Of a stretch of 24,784 bases of DNA, positions 1 to 7,291 are shown one piece after another (position 1 is the stretch's first letter; each line of letters opens with the position of its first letter). Made by a program: the position numbers and the translations under genes. The DNA is from Acidimicrobiales bacterium. Its GTDB lineage: Bacteria > Actinomycetota > Acidimicrobiia > Acidimicrobiales > RAAP-2. The notes beneath the pieces are model-generated. The model did no database searches. It saw nothing but the letters and a program-made list of their open reading frames with translations, and was not told the DNA's origin. Location of the stretch: assembly GCA_049514295.1 (NCBI GenBank), contig JBEKVF010000001.1, forward strand, positions 1 to 24,784, read 5' to 3'.

Positions 1-381
1 CGCCCACAGGGTCCCCACCACCGGGACCGTCCTGAAGAAGTAGTCGGCCAGTCCGTAGACGGGGCGACCGAGCTCCTTCTCAATTCCGTGCATGATCACC
101 GGCGCGTCGGAGGGGATCGCCCCGGCGTGATTGGCCACGAGCAGGGCACCGCCCTCGGTCGGGATCCGCTCCAGCCCCTCCCACTCGGCGCGGAACCATT
201 TCGAGTAGATGGGCTCGTAGATCGCTCGCGTCAGGGCCCGGGTCCGTTCGGATCGACCCCACTCGTCGACGTCGGACAAACGGGGATCATCCAGCTCGTC
301 GTCGTCCTCAGCGGGCACGCGGATCGGGACGATGGCCGTTGATCGGTTCTTCTCGCCGACAACCGGGCGCCCACTGGCCAT
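1..381 (-). CDS. Lysophospholipid/1-acyl-sn-glycerol-3-phosphate acyltransferase family protein (PlsC-like); 3' end runs off the window
   Basis: Not in the ORF track; translated by hand from ATG at 381: MASGRPVVGEKNRSTAIVPIRVPAEDDDELDDPRLSDVDEWGRSERTRALTRAIYEPIYSKWFRAEWEGLERIPTEGGALLVANHAGAIPSDAPVIMHGIEKELGRPVYGLADYFFRTVPVVGTLWA. It contains the acyltransferase block I motif NH-X4-D (NHAGAIPSD) after 'GLERIP..GGALLVA'. Confidence 0.88.
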   Translation of the reverse strand, partial: MASGRPVVGEKNRSTAIVPIRVPAEDDDELDDPRLSDVDEWGRSERTRALTRAIYEPIYSKWFRAEWEGLERIPTEGGALLVANHAGAIPSDAPVIMHGIEKELGRPVYGLADYFFRTVPVVGTLWA

Positions 382-387
382 CGGGCC

Positions 388-393
388 ATCGTA
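388..393 (-). promoter_or_regulatory. Putative -10 box (TACGAT) of a leaderless transcript for the acyltransferase
   Basis: Minus strand reads TACGAT-ggcccg-ATG(381): a TAnnnT hexamer 6 nt before the start codon, with no Shine-Dalgarno sequence. Confidence 0.6.
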
Positions 394-441
394 CCGACCG
401 CACGGGTTGGTGGATCCTGGGGTCGCGACCGCCGACGGCGA

Positions 442-1725
442 TTAGGGTCGCGCCGCCCCGATGAGGCCCTCGGTGAAGATGGGTGAGTACGAAACCGTCG
501 AGCCGGTGAACGGGGCCTGAATGACCGTGTCGGTCCCGTACGGCCCCGAGCCGGCGTACATCACGACGTGGTCCACCTGGTTGTCGCCATCGAGGTTGTA
601 ATAGAAGAGCAGGTCACCGGGCTCGAGGGCATCGAGCGACACGTGCTGCAGGGCCGGCCACTGCGTCTCGGTGGTCCTCGGAATGGACACACCGGCCTGC
701 CCCCAGGCCCACTGCACCAGACCCGAGCAGTCGAAGCCCGTACCGGGCTGCTCGCCGCCGAAGACGTACGGCACGCCCAGTTGCGAGACCGCCGCCTGCA
801 CCGCGGCCACCCCTGCCCCGCTACCGGACGCCGACCCGCTCACCGGCCCCGTCGTCCCCGTCGTCCCGGAGGCCTGGTTCGCCGCGTCGGTCGCCGCCGC
901 CCCGCTCGAGGATCCACCGACCACGCCGGCGACCGTGGCGGCTGCCTCCGCCGCGGCCGCGGCCTGCTGTTGCTGCGCCTGGCTGGCGGCCTTGGCCGCT
1001 GCCGCGGCCTCCTGCTGGGCCTCTTGAATCGCGGCCTGCGCGACCTGCTGGGCCAACTGGCCCTGCACCTGGCCCAGGGTCGCCTTCGTCGCCGCAGCCT
1101 CCTGCTCGTTGGCCTGCGCCAACGACTTCGCCTGCGCCGCTTCCTGCTGGGCCTGAGCCGCCACGGTCTGTTGCTGGACCTCCTCGGTCTGCAGGCGCGC
1201 CTCGGAGTCCTGAAGCGCGACCTCGTCCCTGGTGAGGTTGCCGACGATCTGGTCGGTGTACTGGTTGCGGGCCTCGTTGTCCGTCGCCGACGACGAGAAG
1301 TAGGAGGCGAACCCTGTCTCGGGTGTCCCGTAGACGTACGCCGAGACCGCGTCGGTCGTGACGATCCGCTTGTCCACGTCGACCGCCGATCTCGCGTGGA
1401 CCAGGCTGGTGCCGATGGTCTGGAGCGCACTCTGCGCGTTCTGGAGGTTCTGGACCGCGGTGTTGTACTTGTCGTCGAGGATCGACGTCTGCTGCTCCTC
1501 CTGGGTCAGCGTCCCCTCTATCTGGGAGACCTGCGACTGCGTCGCGTTGATCTGCGACTGGTTTGGTGCCGGCCCGGGAAGGGTGGTTGAGGTTGACGTG
1601 CCGGTGGCGCCGGCGCCGGTCGTGGCGGCAATCGAGAACCAGGTGCCAAGGAACCCGGCGATGACGGCCGCTCGGGCGACACGGGTCCGCCTGCGGACAG
1701 TGCCCCGACAATTCACTGCACCCAC
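442..1725 (-). CDS. Secreted NlpC/P60 (peptidase C40) peptidoglycan endopeptidase with N-terminal coiled coil (RipA/CwlO-like)
   Basis: Signal-peptide-like N-terminus (RRRTRVARAAVIAGFLGTWFSIAATTGAGA), long Q/A/E-rich coiled coil, G/S/T/A linker, and C-terminal NlpC/P60 motifs 'GVPYVFGG', 'FDCSGLVQWAW', 'IPRT', 'LEPGDLLFY', 'DHVVMY'. Start placed at GTG 1725 (alternative GTG 1716) because ATG 1878 overlaps the divergent esterase and a -10 box sits 7 nt upstream of 1725. Confidence 0.93.
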   Translation of the reverse strand: MGAVNCRGTVRRRTRVARAAVIAGFLGTWFSIAATTGAGATGTSTSTTLPGPAPNQSQINATQSQVSQIEGTLTQEEQQTSILDDKYNTAVQNLQNAQSALQTIGTSLVHARSAVDVDKRIVTTDAVSAYVYGTPETGFASYFSSSATDNEARNQYTDQIVGNLTRDEVALQDSEARLQTEEVQQQTVAAQAQQEAAQAKSLAQANEQEAAATKATLGQVQGQLAQQVAQAAIQEAQQEAAAAAKAASQAQQQQAAAAAEAAATVAGVVGGSSSGAAATDAANQASGTTGTTGPVSGSASGSGAGVAAVQAAVSQLGVPYVFGGEQPGTGFDCSGLVQWAWGQAGVSIPRTTETQWPALQHVSLDALEPGDLLFYYNLDGDNQVDHVVMYAGSGPYGTDTVIQAPFTGSTVSYSPIFTEGLIGAARP

Positions 1726-1732
1726 GTCGCAA

Positions 1733-1738
1733 AGCGTA
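1733..1738 (-). promoter_or_regulatory. Putative -10 box (TACGCT) of a leaderless transcript for the NlpC/P60 gene
   Basis: Minus strand reads TACGCT-ttgcgac-GTG(1725). Confidence 0.55.
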
Positions 1739-1822
1739 ACGGCTGTGTGGTTGCAGATTCGGCATCCCGCCGTTGCGGTCGGGTTGCAGCCCTTGTTCGC
1801 GTGCCGTTCACCTTCGTCACGA

Positions 1823-1851
1823 TTGACCCTGTGGGCCACCGTCCCTAGGGT
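1823..1851 (+). promoter_or_regulatory. Housekeeping sigma (SigA/HrdB-type) promoter for a leaderless carboxylesterase mRNA
   Basis: TTGACC (1823-1828), 17-nt spacer, TAGGGT (1846-1851), 7 nt, then ATG (1859). Near-consensus -35/-10 geometry and no SD. Confidence 0.75.
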
Positions 1852-1858
1852 GCCGTAC

Positions 1859-3430
1859 ATGGAGGGGGTCGTGTCCATCGCTCAGGGACGGCTGAGGGGT
1901 GTGTGGCGCGGCGACCTGTGGTCGTTCTCCGGCATCCCCTATGCGCGGGCACCGGTTGGCGAGCTGCGCTGGCGACCACCACAGCCCCCCGAGGCGTGGG
2001 ACGAGGTCCGCGATGCATCGACCTTCGGGCCGATCGCTCCGCAATCGGCCTCCGTACCGGGCATCACGAGCCCTTCGGACCCCGAGGCGTCCGAGCCGCA
2101 CAGCGAGGACTGCCTCTCGCTCAACGTCTGGACACCCGACTTGCCGGAGACGCCCACGCTCACGTCCGGTGAGGGCAGGCCCGTCATGGTGTTCATCCAC
2201 GGGGGCGGCTTCACATCGGGCAGCGGATCGGTGTTCCTCTACCGGGGCGGCAACCTCGTGCGCAACGGCAACGCCGTCGTGGTGACCATCAATTACCGGC
2301 TCGGCGCACTCGGCTTTCTCGGACACCGCAACCTGGCCGACCCGGATGGCCTGGTCGGCAATTGGGGCATCCACGACCAACTGGCCGCGCTGACGTGGGT
2401 GCGCGGCAACATCGCGGCCTTCGGCGGCGATGCCCACAACGTCACGATCTTCGGCGAGTCTGCCGGAGGGTTCAGCGTGGCCACCCTGCTCGGCACGCCG
2501 GCCGCGTCGGGCTTGTTCCGCCGAGCCGTGGTGCAGAGCGGGGGGGTGCACGTGCTCTCCGTGGAGGAGTCGGAGCGATCGGCGGAGCGCCTCGCTGCCG
2601 TGCTGGGGATCGCGTCCTGCGACAGGGCGTCGCTGGAGCAGATCCCGGCCTCCGAGCTCGTCGCCGCCACGGAGGAGATCGGGAGGCGGCGTCCTGACCC
2701 CGGCATGATCCCGCTGCCGTTCCTGCCCGTCGTCGACGGGGTCTTCCTGCCCGACGATCCACTGGCCGCCGTGGCCAACGGCGCGTCGGCCGGGATCGAC
2801 CTGCTGATCGGCACCAACCGGGACGAGCTGACCCTCTTCGGCCTCGGGAACCCGGCGCTCATGGCGCTGGACGAGGAAGGGGTCCAGCGCTGGGTCGCCA
2901 ATGCCGTACCCGACATGCCCGCCGGCGAGGTGATCGACGCGTACAGGGCGGCCCGGGGCGCCCGCGAAGAGCCGGTGGACGCCAAGGACATCTGGGTGGC
3001 CGTCGGGACCGACGTCGTCTTCCGCTGGCCCAGCCTCCAGCTCGCCGCGACACACGCGGCACACGGCTCACGCACTTTCGTCTACCTGTTCGACTGGGAG
3101 TCCCCTGCGTTCGGCGGGATGCTCGGAGCGTGTCACGCCCTGGAGCTCCCCTTCGTCTTCGGAGCCGTGCACCTCCCGGTGGTGCAGATGTTCTCCGGCG
3201 CAGGCCCGGCCGTCCAGTCGCTCTCCGACCAGATGCAGAGGGCGTGGCTCGCCTTCGCGGGGAGTGGGAGCCCCACGCACGAAGGCATCGGTGAATGGCG
3301 TCCCTGGAACCCCGAAGGTCGAGCCACCATGATCTTCGGAGCGCACACCGAGCTGGTCGACGCACCGCGCGACGCCGAATTGGCGGTCCTGGAGCGGCAT
3401 CGCCCCCTCGTCTCCGCCGTGCCCGGCTGA
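1859..3430 (+). CDS. Type-B carboxylesterase/lipase (para-nitrobenzyl esterase-like), 523 aa
   Basis: Motifs 'FSGIPYARAPVGELRWRPP', 'SEDCLSLNVWTP', 'VMVFIHGGGF', 'VTINYRLGALGFL', nucleophile 'FGESAG', acid 'GTNRDE' and histidine 'GACHALEL'. The true start is ATG 1859; the upstream part of ORF 1358..3430 is antisense to the NlpC/P60 gene. Confidence 0.96.
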   Translation: MEGVVSIAQGRLRGVWRGDLWSFSGIPYARAPVGELRWRPPQPPEAWDEVRDASTFGPIAPQSASVPGITSPSDPEASEPHSEDCLSLNVWTPDLPETPTLTSGEGRPVMVFIHGGGFTSGSGSVFLYRGGNLVRNGNAVVVTINYRLGALGFLGHRNLADPDGLVGNWGIHDQLAALTWVRGNIAAFGGDAHNVTIFGESAGGFSVATLLGTPAASGLFRRAVVQSGGVHVLSVEESERSAERLAAVLGIASCDRASLEQIPASELVAATEEIGRRRPDPGMIPLPFLPVVDGVFLPDDPLAAVANGASAGIDLLIGTNRDELTLFGLGNPALMALDEEGVQRWVANAVPDMPAGEVIDAYRAARGAREEPVDAKDIWVAVGTDVVFRWPSLQLAATHAAHGSRTFVYLFDWESPAFGGMLGACHALELPFVFGAVHLPVVQMFSGAGPAVQSLSDQMQRAWLAFAGSGSPTHEGIGEWRPWNPEGRATMIFGAHTELVDAPRDAELAVLERHRPLVSAVPG

Positions 3431-3493
3431 TCGCCGTCGCCCGTGGCCCATGCGTCATACCGGTGCCCGCGTCGGTGAAGAATGGTGTGTCCC

Positions 3494-3567
3494 GGGGGCG
3501 TAGCCCAACTGGCAGAGGCAGGGCGCTTAAAACGTCCCCAGTGAGGGTTCGAATCCCTCCGCCCCCA
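3494..3567 (+). tRNA. tRNA-Leu, anticodon TAA (UAA), 74 nt, CCA not encoded
   Basis: Folded by hand: acceptor GGGGGCG/CGCCCCC plus discriminator A; D arm GCC-CAACTGGCAGA-GGC; anticodon stem GGGCG/CGTCC with loop CT-TAA-AA; 5-nt variable loop CCAGT; T arm GAGGG-TTCGAAT-CCCTC. Confidence 0.96.
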
Positions 3568-3596
3568 CGGCAGGGCACCACGGACCGTTCCCCCGC

Positions 3597-4385
3597 GTGC
3601 CCCACGACGGCGTCGAAGTCGCGGTCCTCGGCCCGGTCACCGTCCGCGGTGCCGCGGAGCCCTTCCACCGCTCGGCTGCCCTCGAGCTCGTGGTGTACCT
3701 GGCCTTCCACCGGGGCGGGGTCCGTCACGCGGAGTGGGCGTTGGCGATCTGGCCCGACCGGCCCGTCGCCCTGCCCACCGTGCACTCGACCTCGTCTGAC
3801 GCCCGGCGGGCGTTGGGCCGGGCTCCGGACGACACCCTCCACCTTCCCCGTGGGTGTGACCTTCGTCTCGGCGACTCGGTCGCCACCGACGTCGAACGCT
3901 TCGGCTCGTTGTCCGCCTCGGACCACCCGGACCGGCTCTTCGAGGCCATGCAGTTGGTCCGGGGCCCCCTCTTTGCCGGTCTGCACCGCGCCGACTGGGC
4001 CGTGTTCGACGGCACCCAGTCGCATATCGAATCGCTGGTGGTGCGCACCGCGTTGCGCGGGGCCGATGCGTGCATGGGGCGCGGACTCGGGAACGAGGCC
4101 GCATGGATGGTCCGCCAGGCGCTCAGGGTGAGCCCCTACGACGAGCGTCTGTACCGCGCGTTGTTGCGCGCCACCGTGGCCCAGGGCAACCGGGTCGGGT
4201 TGCGCTCGACGATGGCCGAGCTGCTCACCCTGGCGGGGGAGGCGGGCGGCAGCCAAGCGGAGTCACCCCAGGTGGGAGGGTGGGACGGGGCACGGCTGGA
4301 CTGCCTCCATCCCGAGACGACCGACCTCTACCGTGGCCTGCTGGACGGGCTGCCTGTCGCCGAGGAGCAGCCCGCCAGGCTGTAG
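3597..4385 (+). CDS. Stand-alone SARP/BTAD-type transcriptional regulator-like protein (winged-helix-like N-terminus plus bacterial transcriptional activator domain), 262 aa
   Basis: 'VAVLGPVTVRG', 'LELVVYLAFH', 'AIWPD', 'SDARRALG', 'TDVERF', 'LVRGPLF...W', 'ALRVSPYDERLYRALLRA' and 'HPETTDLY' match the AfsR/SARP and LysM-BTAD C-terminal pattern. The GTG start has no SD; the frame is closed upstream by a TAA at 3528 inside the tRNA. Confidence 0.78.
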   Translation: MPHDGVEVAVLGPVTVRGAAEPFHRSAALELVVYLAFHRGGVRHAEWALAIWPDRPVALPTVHSTSSDARRALGRAPDDTLHLPRGCDLRLGDSVATDVERFGSLSASDHPDRLFEAMQLVRGPLFAGLHRADWAVFDGTQSHIESLVVRTALRGADACMGRGLGNEAAWMVRQALRVSPYDERLYRALLRATVAQGNRVGLRSTMAELLTLAGEAGGSQAESPQVGGWDGARLDCLHPETTDLYRGLLDGLPVAEEQPARL

Positions 4386-4399
4386 GGTTGCGTCCCGCC

Positions 4400-5245
4400 A
4401 TGGCGAGAAGCTCCTCAGGGAAATCGGTCGCCCGCGCCGCCGCAACAGGAGGCGGCACGACCTATCGCGGGCAGATGCCGGTGAACTGGTACGCCGCGCT
4501 CGTGGTGATCGTCCTGGTCGGACTCGGTTCCATCGCTTTCGCCAAGTACCACTACGACCAGACCCCCGCCGTGGTCGAGCCGACGACGACCACGACGTGG
4601 CACGCCGCCCTGGCCTTCGACATCTGCGGGACGATGCAGCCGGCCTTGGCCGCCTCGCCGACCAGCGCGACCACGGGCCTGACGAGTTCGGGGAACGGCG
4701 TCCTGCAGATCGCGCCCAAGAGCGCCAGCGAGGCCGGCAACAACGCAACGCTGGGCAAGTTCGCCGAGGGGTACGCGGGCCTGACCCTGACGAACACCTC
4801 CCTGAAGTACCCGTCCGACAAGGTGCCCCTGTACACGAACGGCGAGAAGTGCGGGACGGGTACCCCCGACGCCGGCAAGGCCGGTGAGGTGGAGGCCCGT
4901 TGGTGGGTGCTGACGACCAAGACCGGGAAGAACGGCGAGCTGGAGCAGGCCGGTGGCCTGACGACCGTGAAGCCCGCGGACCTCAAGTTCGTCGACCGCC
5001 AGCTCATCACCGTGGGCTTCGTGCCGGCCAACACCTCGCTGCCCAAGCCGACGTCGGCCATCGCCCCACTCCTCCAGGTCCTCACCGGGACCCAGCCCGT
5101 CGCCACGACGACCACGACGCCGGGCGTGACTACGACGACGGTGCACATGCAGACGCCGACGACCGCGGCAGGGGCGACGACGACCACGACGAGCGCACCG
5201 GCGACCACGACGACGAAGCCCTCGTCAACAACGACGACGAAGTAA
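4400..5245 (+). CDS. Hypothetical single-pass membrane protein with extracytoplasmic domain and Thr-rich tail, 281 aa
   Basis: Basic N-terminus (MARSSSGKSVARAAATGGG), one hydrophobic helix (WYAALVVIVLVGLGSIAFA), a two-Cys extracellular domain and a poly-Thr C-terminus. Its stop overlaps the next start (TAATG, 5243-5247). Confidence 0.8.
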   Translation: MARSSSGKSVARAAATGGGTTYRGQMPVNWYAALVVIVLVGLGSIAFAKYHYDQTPAVVEPTTTTTWHAALAFDICGTMQPALAASPTSATTGLTSSGNGVLQIAPKSASEAGNNATLGKFAEGYAGLTLTNTSLKYPSDKVPLYTNGEKCGTGTPDAGKAGEVEARWWVLTTKTGKNGELEQAGGLTTVKPADLKFVDRQLITVGFVPANTSLPKPTSAIAPLLQVLTGTQPVATTTTTPGVTTTTVHMQTPTTAAGATTTTTSAPATTTTKPSSTTTTK

Positions 5246-6321
5246 TGAAAGCGGTCGTCCTCGTCGGCGGCGAGGGTACGAGGTTGCGTCCCCTGACGCT
5301 CTCCTCGCCCAAGCAGATGCTCCCCATCGTCGGGATCCCGATGATCGAGCGCGTGCTCGCGCAGCTCTCCTCGCACGGCGTCGACGAGGCGGTCCTGTCC
5401 CTGGGCTACCTGCCCGACGCCTTCATGCAGGCCTATCCCGACGGGCGTGCCTCCGGGGTGCGGCTGACCTACGCCGTCGAGCCCGAGCCCCTGGACACGG
5501 CCGGGGCGGTCCGCTTCGCCGCGAAGTTCGCCGGCATCGGCGAGACCTTCGTGGTGGTCAACGGCGACGTGCTGACCGACCTCGACCTGACCAGCCTGGT
5601 GGCCTTCCACCGCGAGCGGGGGGCCGAGGGCACGATCGCCCTGCACCCCGTCGCCGACCCCTCCGCGTTCGGCGTCGTGCCCACCGATGACGAGGGCAGG
5701 GTGATCGCCTTCGTGGAGAAGCCGCCCCGCGACGAGGCGCCCACCAACGAGATCAACGCCGGGACCTACGTGCTCGAGGCCTCGGTCCTGGACAGGATCC
5801 CCGAGGGCGGTCGGGTGTCGATCGAACGGGAGACGTTCCCCGCCATGGTGCGCGACGGGGGGCTCTATGCACGCTCCGACGATGGCTACTGGCTCGACAC
5901 GGGCACCCCCTCGGCCTATCTGGAGGCCAATTTCGACTACGTCAACGGCAAGCGCGGTCCCGTGGTGGCCCCCGGGCTCGGGGACCGGGGCAAGGGTGTC
6001 CTCGTGGAGGGGGAGAGCGACATCGAGGGCGAGGTGGTGGGCCCGGCGGTCGTCTTCGCCGGATGCATCGTCGAAGCCGGCGCCCGGGTCGAGCGCAGCA
6101 TCCTCGGACCCGGTTCGGTCGTCTCCGCCGGCGCGCTGGTCGTGGACTCGGTCCTCATGGAGGGCTGCCACGTCGCCGCAGACGCCAAGGTGGCCGGCTC
6201 GGTGATGGGCCCCCGGTCCATCGTCGGCCAGCGGGGCGACGTGCGGCCGGTCTCCGTGCTCGGCGCCGACGCGGTGGTCTCCTCGGGGACACTGGTCGAC
6301 GGCGAGCGGGTCGCGGGCTAA
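5245..6321 (+). CDS. NDP-sugar synthase, mannose-1-phosphate guanylyltransferase-like (GDP-mannose pyrophosphorylase), 358 aa
   Basis: 'MKAVVLVGGEGTRLRPLT..PKQMLP', 'EPLDTAGA', 'VVNGDVLTD', 'FVEKP', 'INAGTYV', 'YWLDTGTP' and C-terminal hexapeptide left-handed beta-helix repeats. Confidence 0.92.
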   Translation: MKAVVLVGGEGTRLRPLTLSSPKQMLPIVGIPMIERVLAQLSSHGVDEAVLSLGYLPDAFMQAYPDGRASGVRLTYAVEPEPLDTAGAVRFAAKFAGIGETFVVVNGDVLTDLDLTSLVAFHRERGAEGTIALHPVADPSAFGVVPTDDEGRVIAFVEKPPRDEAPTNEINAGTYVLEASVLDRIPEGGRVSIERETFPAMVRDGGLYARSDDGYWLDTGTPSAYLEANFDYVNGKRGPVVAPGLGDRGKGVLVEGESDIEGEVVGPAVVFAGCIVEAGARVERSILGPGSVVSAGALVVDSVLMEGCHVAADAKVAGSVMGPRSIVGQRGDVRPVSVLGADAVVSSGTLVDGERVAG

Positions 6322-6329
6322 GAAGTCTC

Positions 6330-7280
6330 ATGCGCACGCTCGTGACGGGAGGCGCCGGGTTCATCGGCTCCAACCTGGTCGATCGCCTGCTTGTCGAGGG
6401 GCACGAGGTCGACGTCGTCGACGACTTCTCGACGGGCTCCCTGTCGAACCTCGCCGAGGCGCGCGGCAGCGCGGGCCGGGCACTGACCATCCACCATCTC
6501 GACATCACCGCGCCGGGTGTCGTCGAGCTCATGGCCCGACGGCGCCCGGAACTCGTGTTCCATCTGGCTGCGCAGGCCGATGTCCGGGTCTCGGTGGCCC
6601 GGCCGGCCTTCGATGCCACGGTCAACATCGTCGGCTCGCTCAACATCCTGGAGGGCGCGCGCCGGGCGGAAACCGAGCGCGTCGTCTTCGCCGCCAGCGG
6701 CGGCACGCTCTACGGCGAGCCGACCCCCGAGGACCTCCCCGTGCGTGAGGCGCACGCCCATCAGCCGCTGTCGCCCTACGGCGTCTCCAAGAAGGCGGTG
6801 ATCGACTACCTGGTGGCCTACCGGGAGCTGCACGCGCTCGAGTTTTGCGCGCTGGCCCTCGGCAACGTCTACGGGCCCCGCCAGAACCCCCACGGCGAGG
6901 CGGGCGTTGTCGCCATCTTCGCCGAGCGCATCCTGCAGGGCGAGCCCGTGACCGTTTTCGGCGACGGCGAGCAGACGAGGGACTTCGTCTTCGTCGACGA
7001 CGTCGTCGACGCGTTCGTGCGGGCCGCCACCCGCGGGGGAGGCCTCGTCTGCAACGTCGGGACGGGGCGCGAGACGTCGGTCAACGAGGTGCTCGACACC
7101 ATGACGCGGCAGTCCGGTATCGAGGTGACGCGGGTGACGGCGCCGCTGCGCCCGGGCGAGCTGCAGCGCTCGAGCCTCGACATCGAGCGGGCCGCCATCC
7201 AGCTCGGGTGGCGGCCATGGACCGACCTGGCCGACGGGACGCGCGCCGTGCTCGAGTTCGTGGGCGCGCAGCTCGGCTGA
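6330..7280 (+). CDS. NAD-dependent epimerase/dehydratase, UDP-glucose 4-epimerase-like (mycobacterial GalE1 type), 316 aa
   Basis: 'LVTGGAGFIGSNLVDRLL', 'FHLAAQADVRVSV', 'ASGGTLYG', catalytic YxxxK 'YGVSK', 'NVYGPRQ', 'GDGEQTRDFVFVDDV'. Confidence 0.9.
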   Translation: MRTLVTGGAGFIGSNLVDRLLVEGHEVDVVDDFSTGSLSNLAEARGSAGRALTIHHLDITAPGVVELMARRRPELVFHLAAQADVRVSVARPAFDATVNIVGSLNILEGARRAETERVVFAASGGTLYGEPTPEDLPVREAHAHQPLSPYGVSKKAVIDYLVAYRELHALEFCALALGNVYGPRQNPHGEAGVVAIFAERILQGEPVTVFGDGEQTRDFVFVDDVVDAFVRAATRGGGLVCNVGTGRETSVNEVLDTMTRQSGIEVTRVTAPLRPGELQRSSLDIERAAIQLGWRPWTDLADGTRAVLEFVGAQLG

Positions 7281-7291
7281 GCTGGCTCAGC
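7276..7291. repeat. Perfect 7-bp inverted repeat built from the two convergent stop codons
   Basis: GCTGAGC-TG-GCTCAGC contains the TGA of the epimerase (7278-7280) and the minus-strand TGA of cofE (7287-7289). Confidence 0.6.

Noticed and set aside
1726-1858. Possible c-di-AMP (ydaO) riboswitch upstream of the NlpC/P60 gene, a common pairing in Actinobacteria
   Set aside because: The conserved ydaO sequence blocks are not present, and a -10 box 7 nt from the start leaves no leader to hold one.
3540-3600. Integrative element or prophage attachment at the tRNA-Leu 3' end
   Set aside because: I found no duplicate of the tRNA 3' end elsewhere in the window, and no integrase or excisionase. The nearby GGGCACCA (3573-3580) resembles a tRNA terminus but is too short to mean anything.
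5096-5242. ACG/ACC trinucleotide repeats resembling a microsatellite or repeat array
   Set aside because: They are Thr codons of a low-complexity protein tail, interrupted and in frame; there is no repeat-spacer structure.
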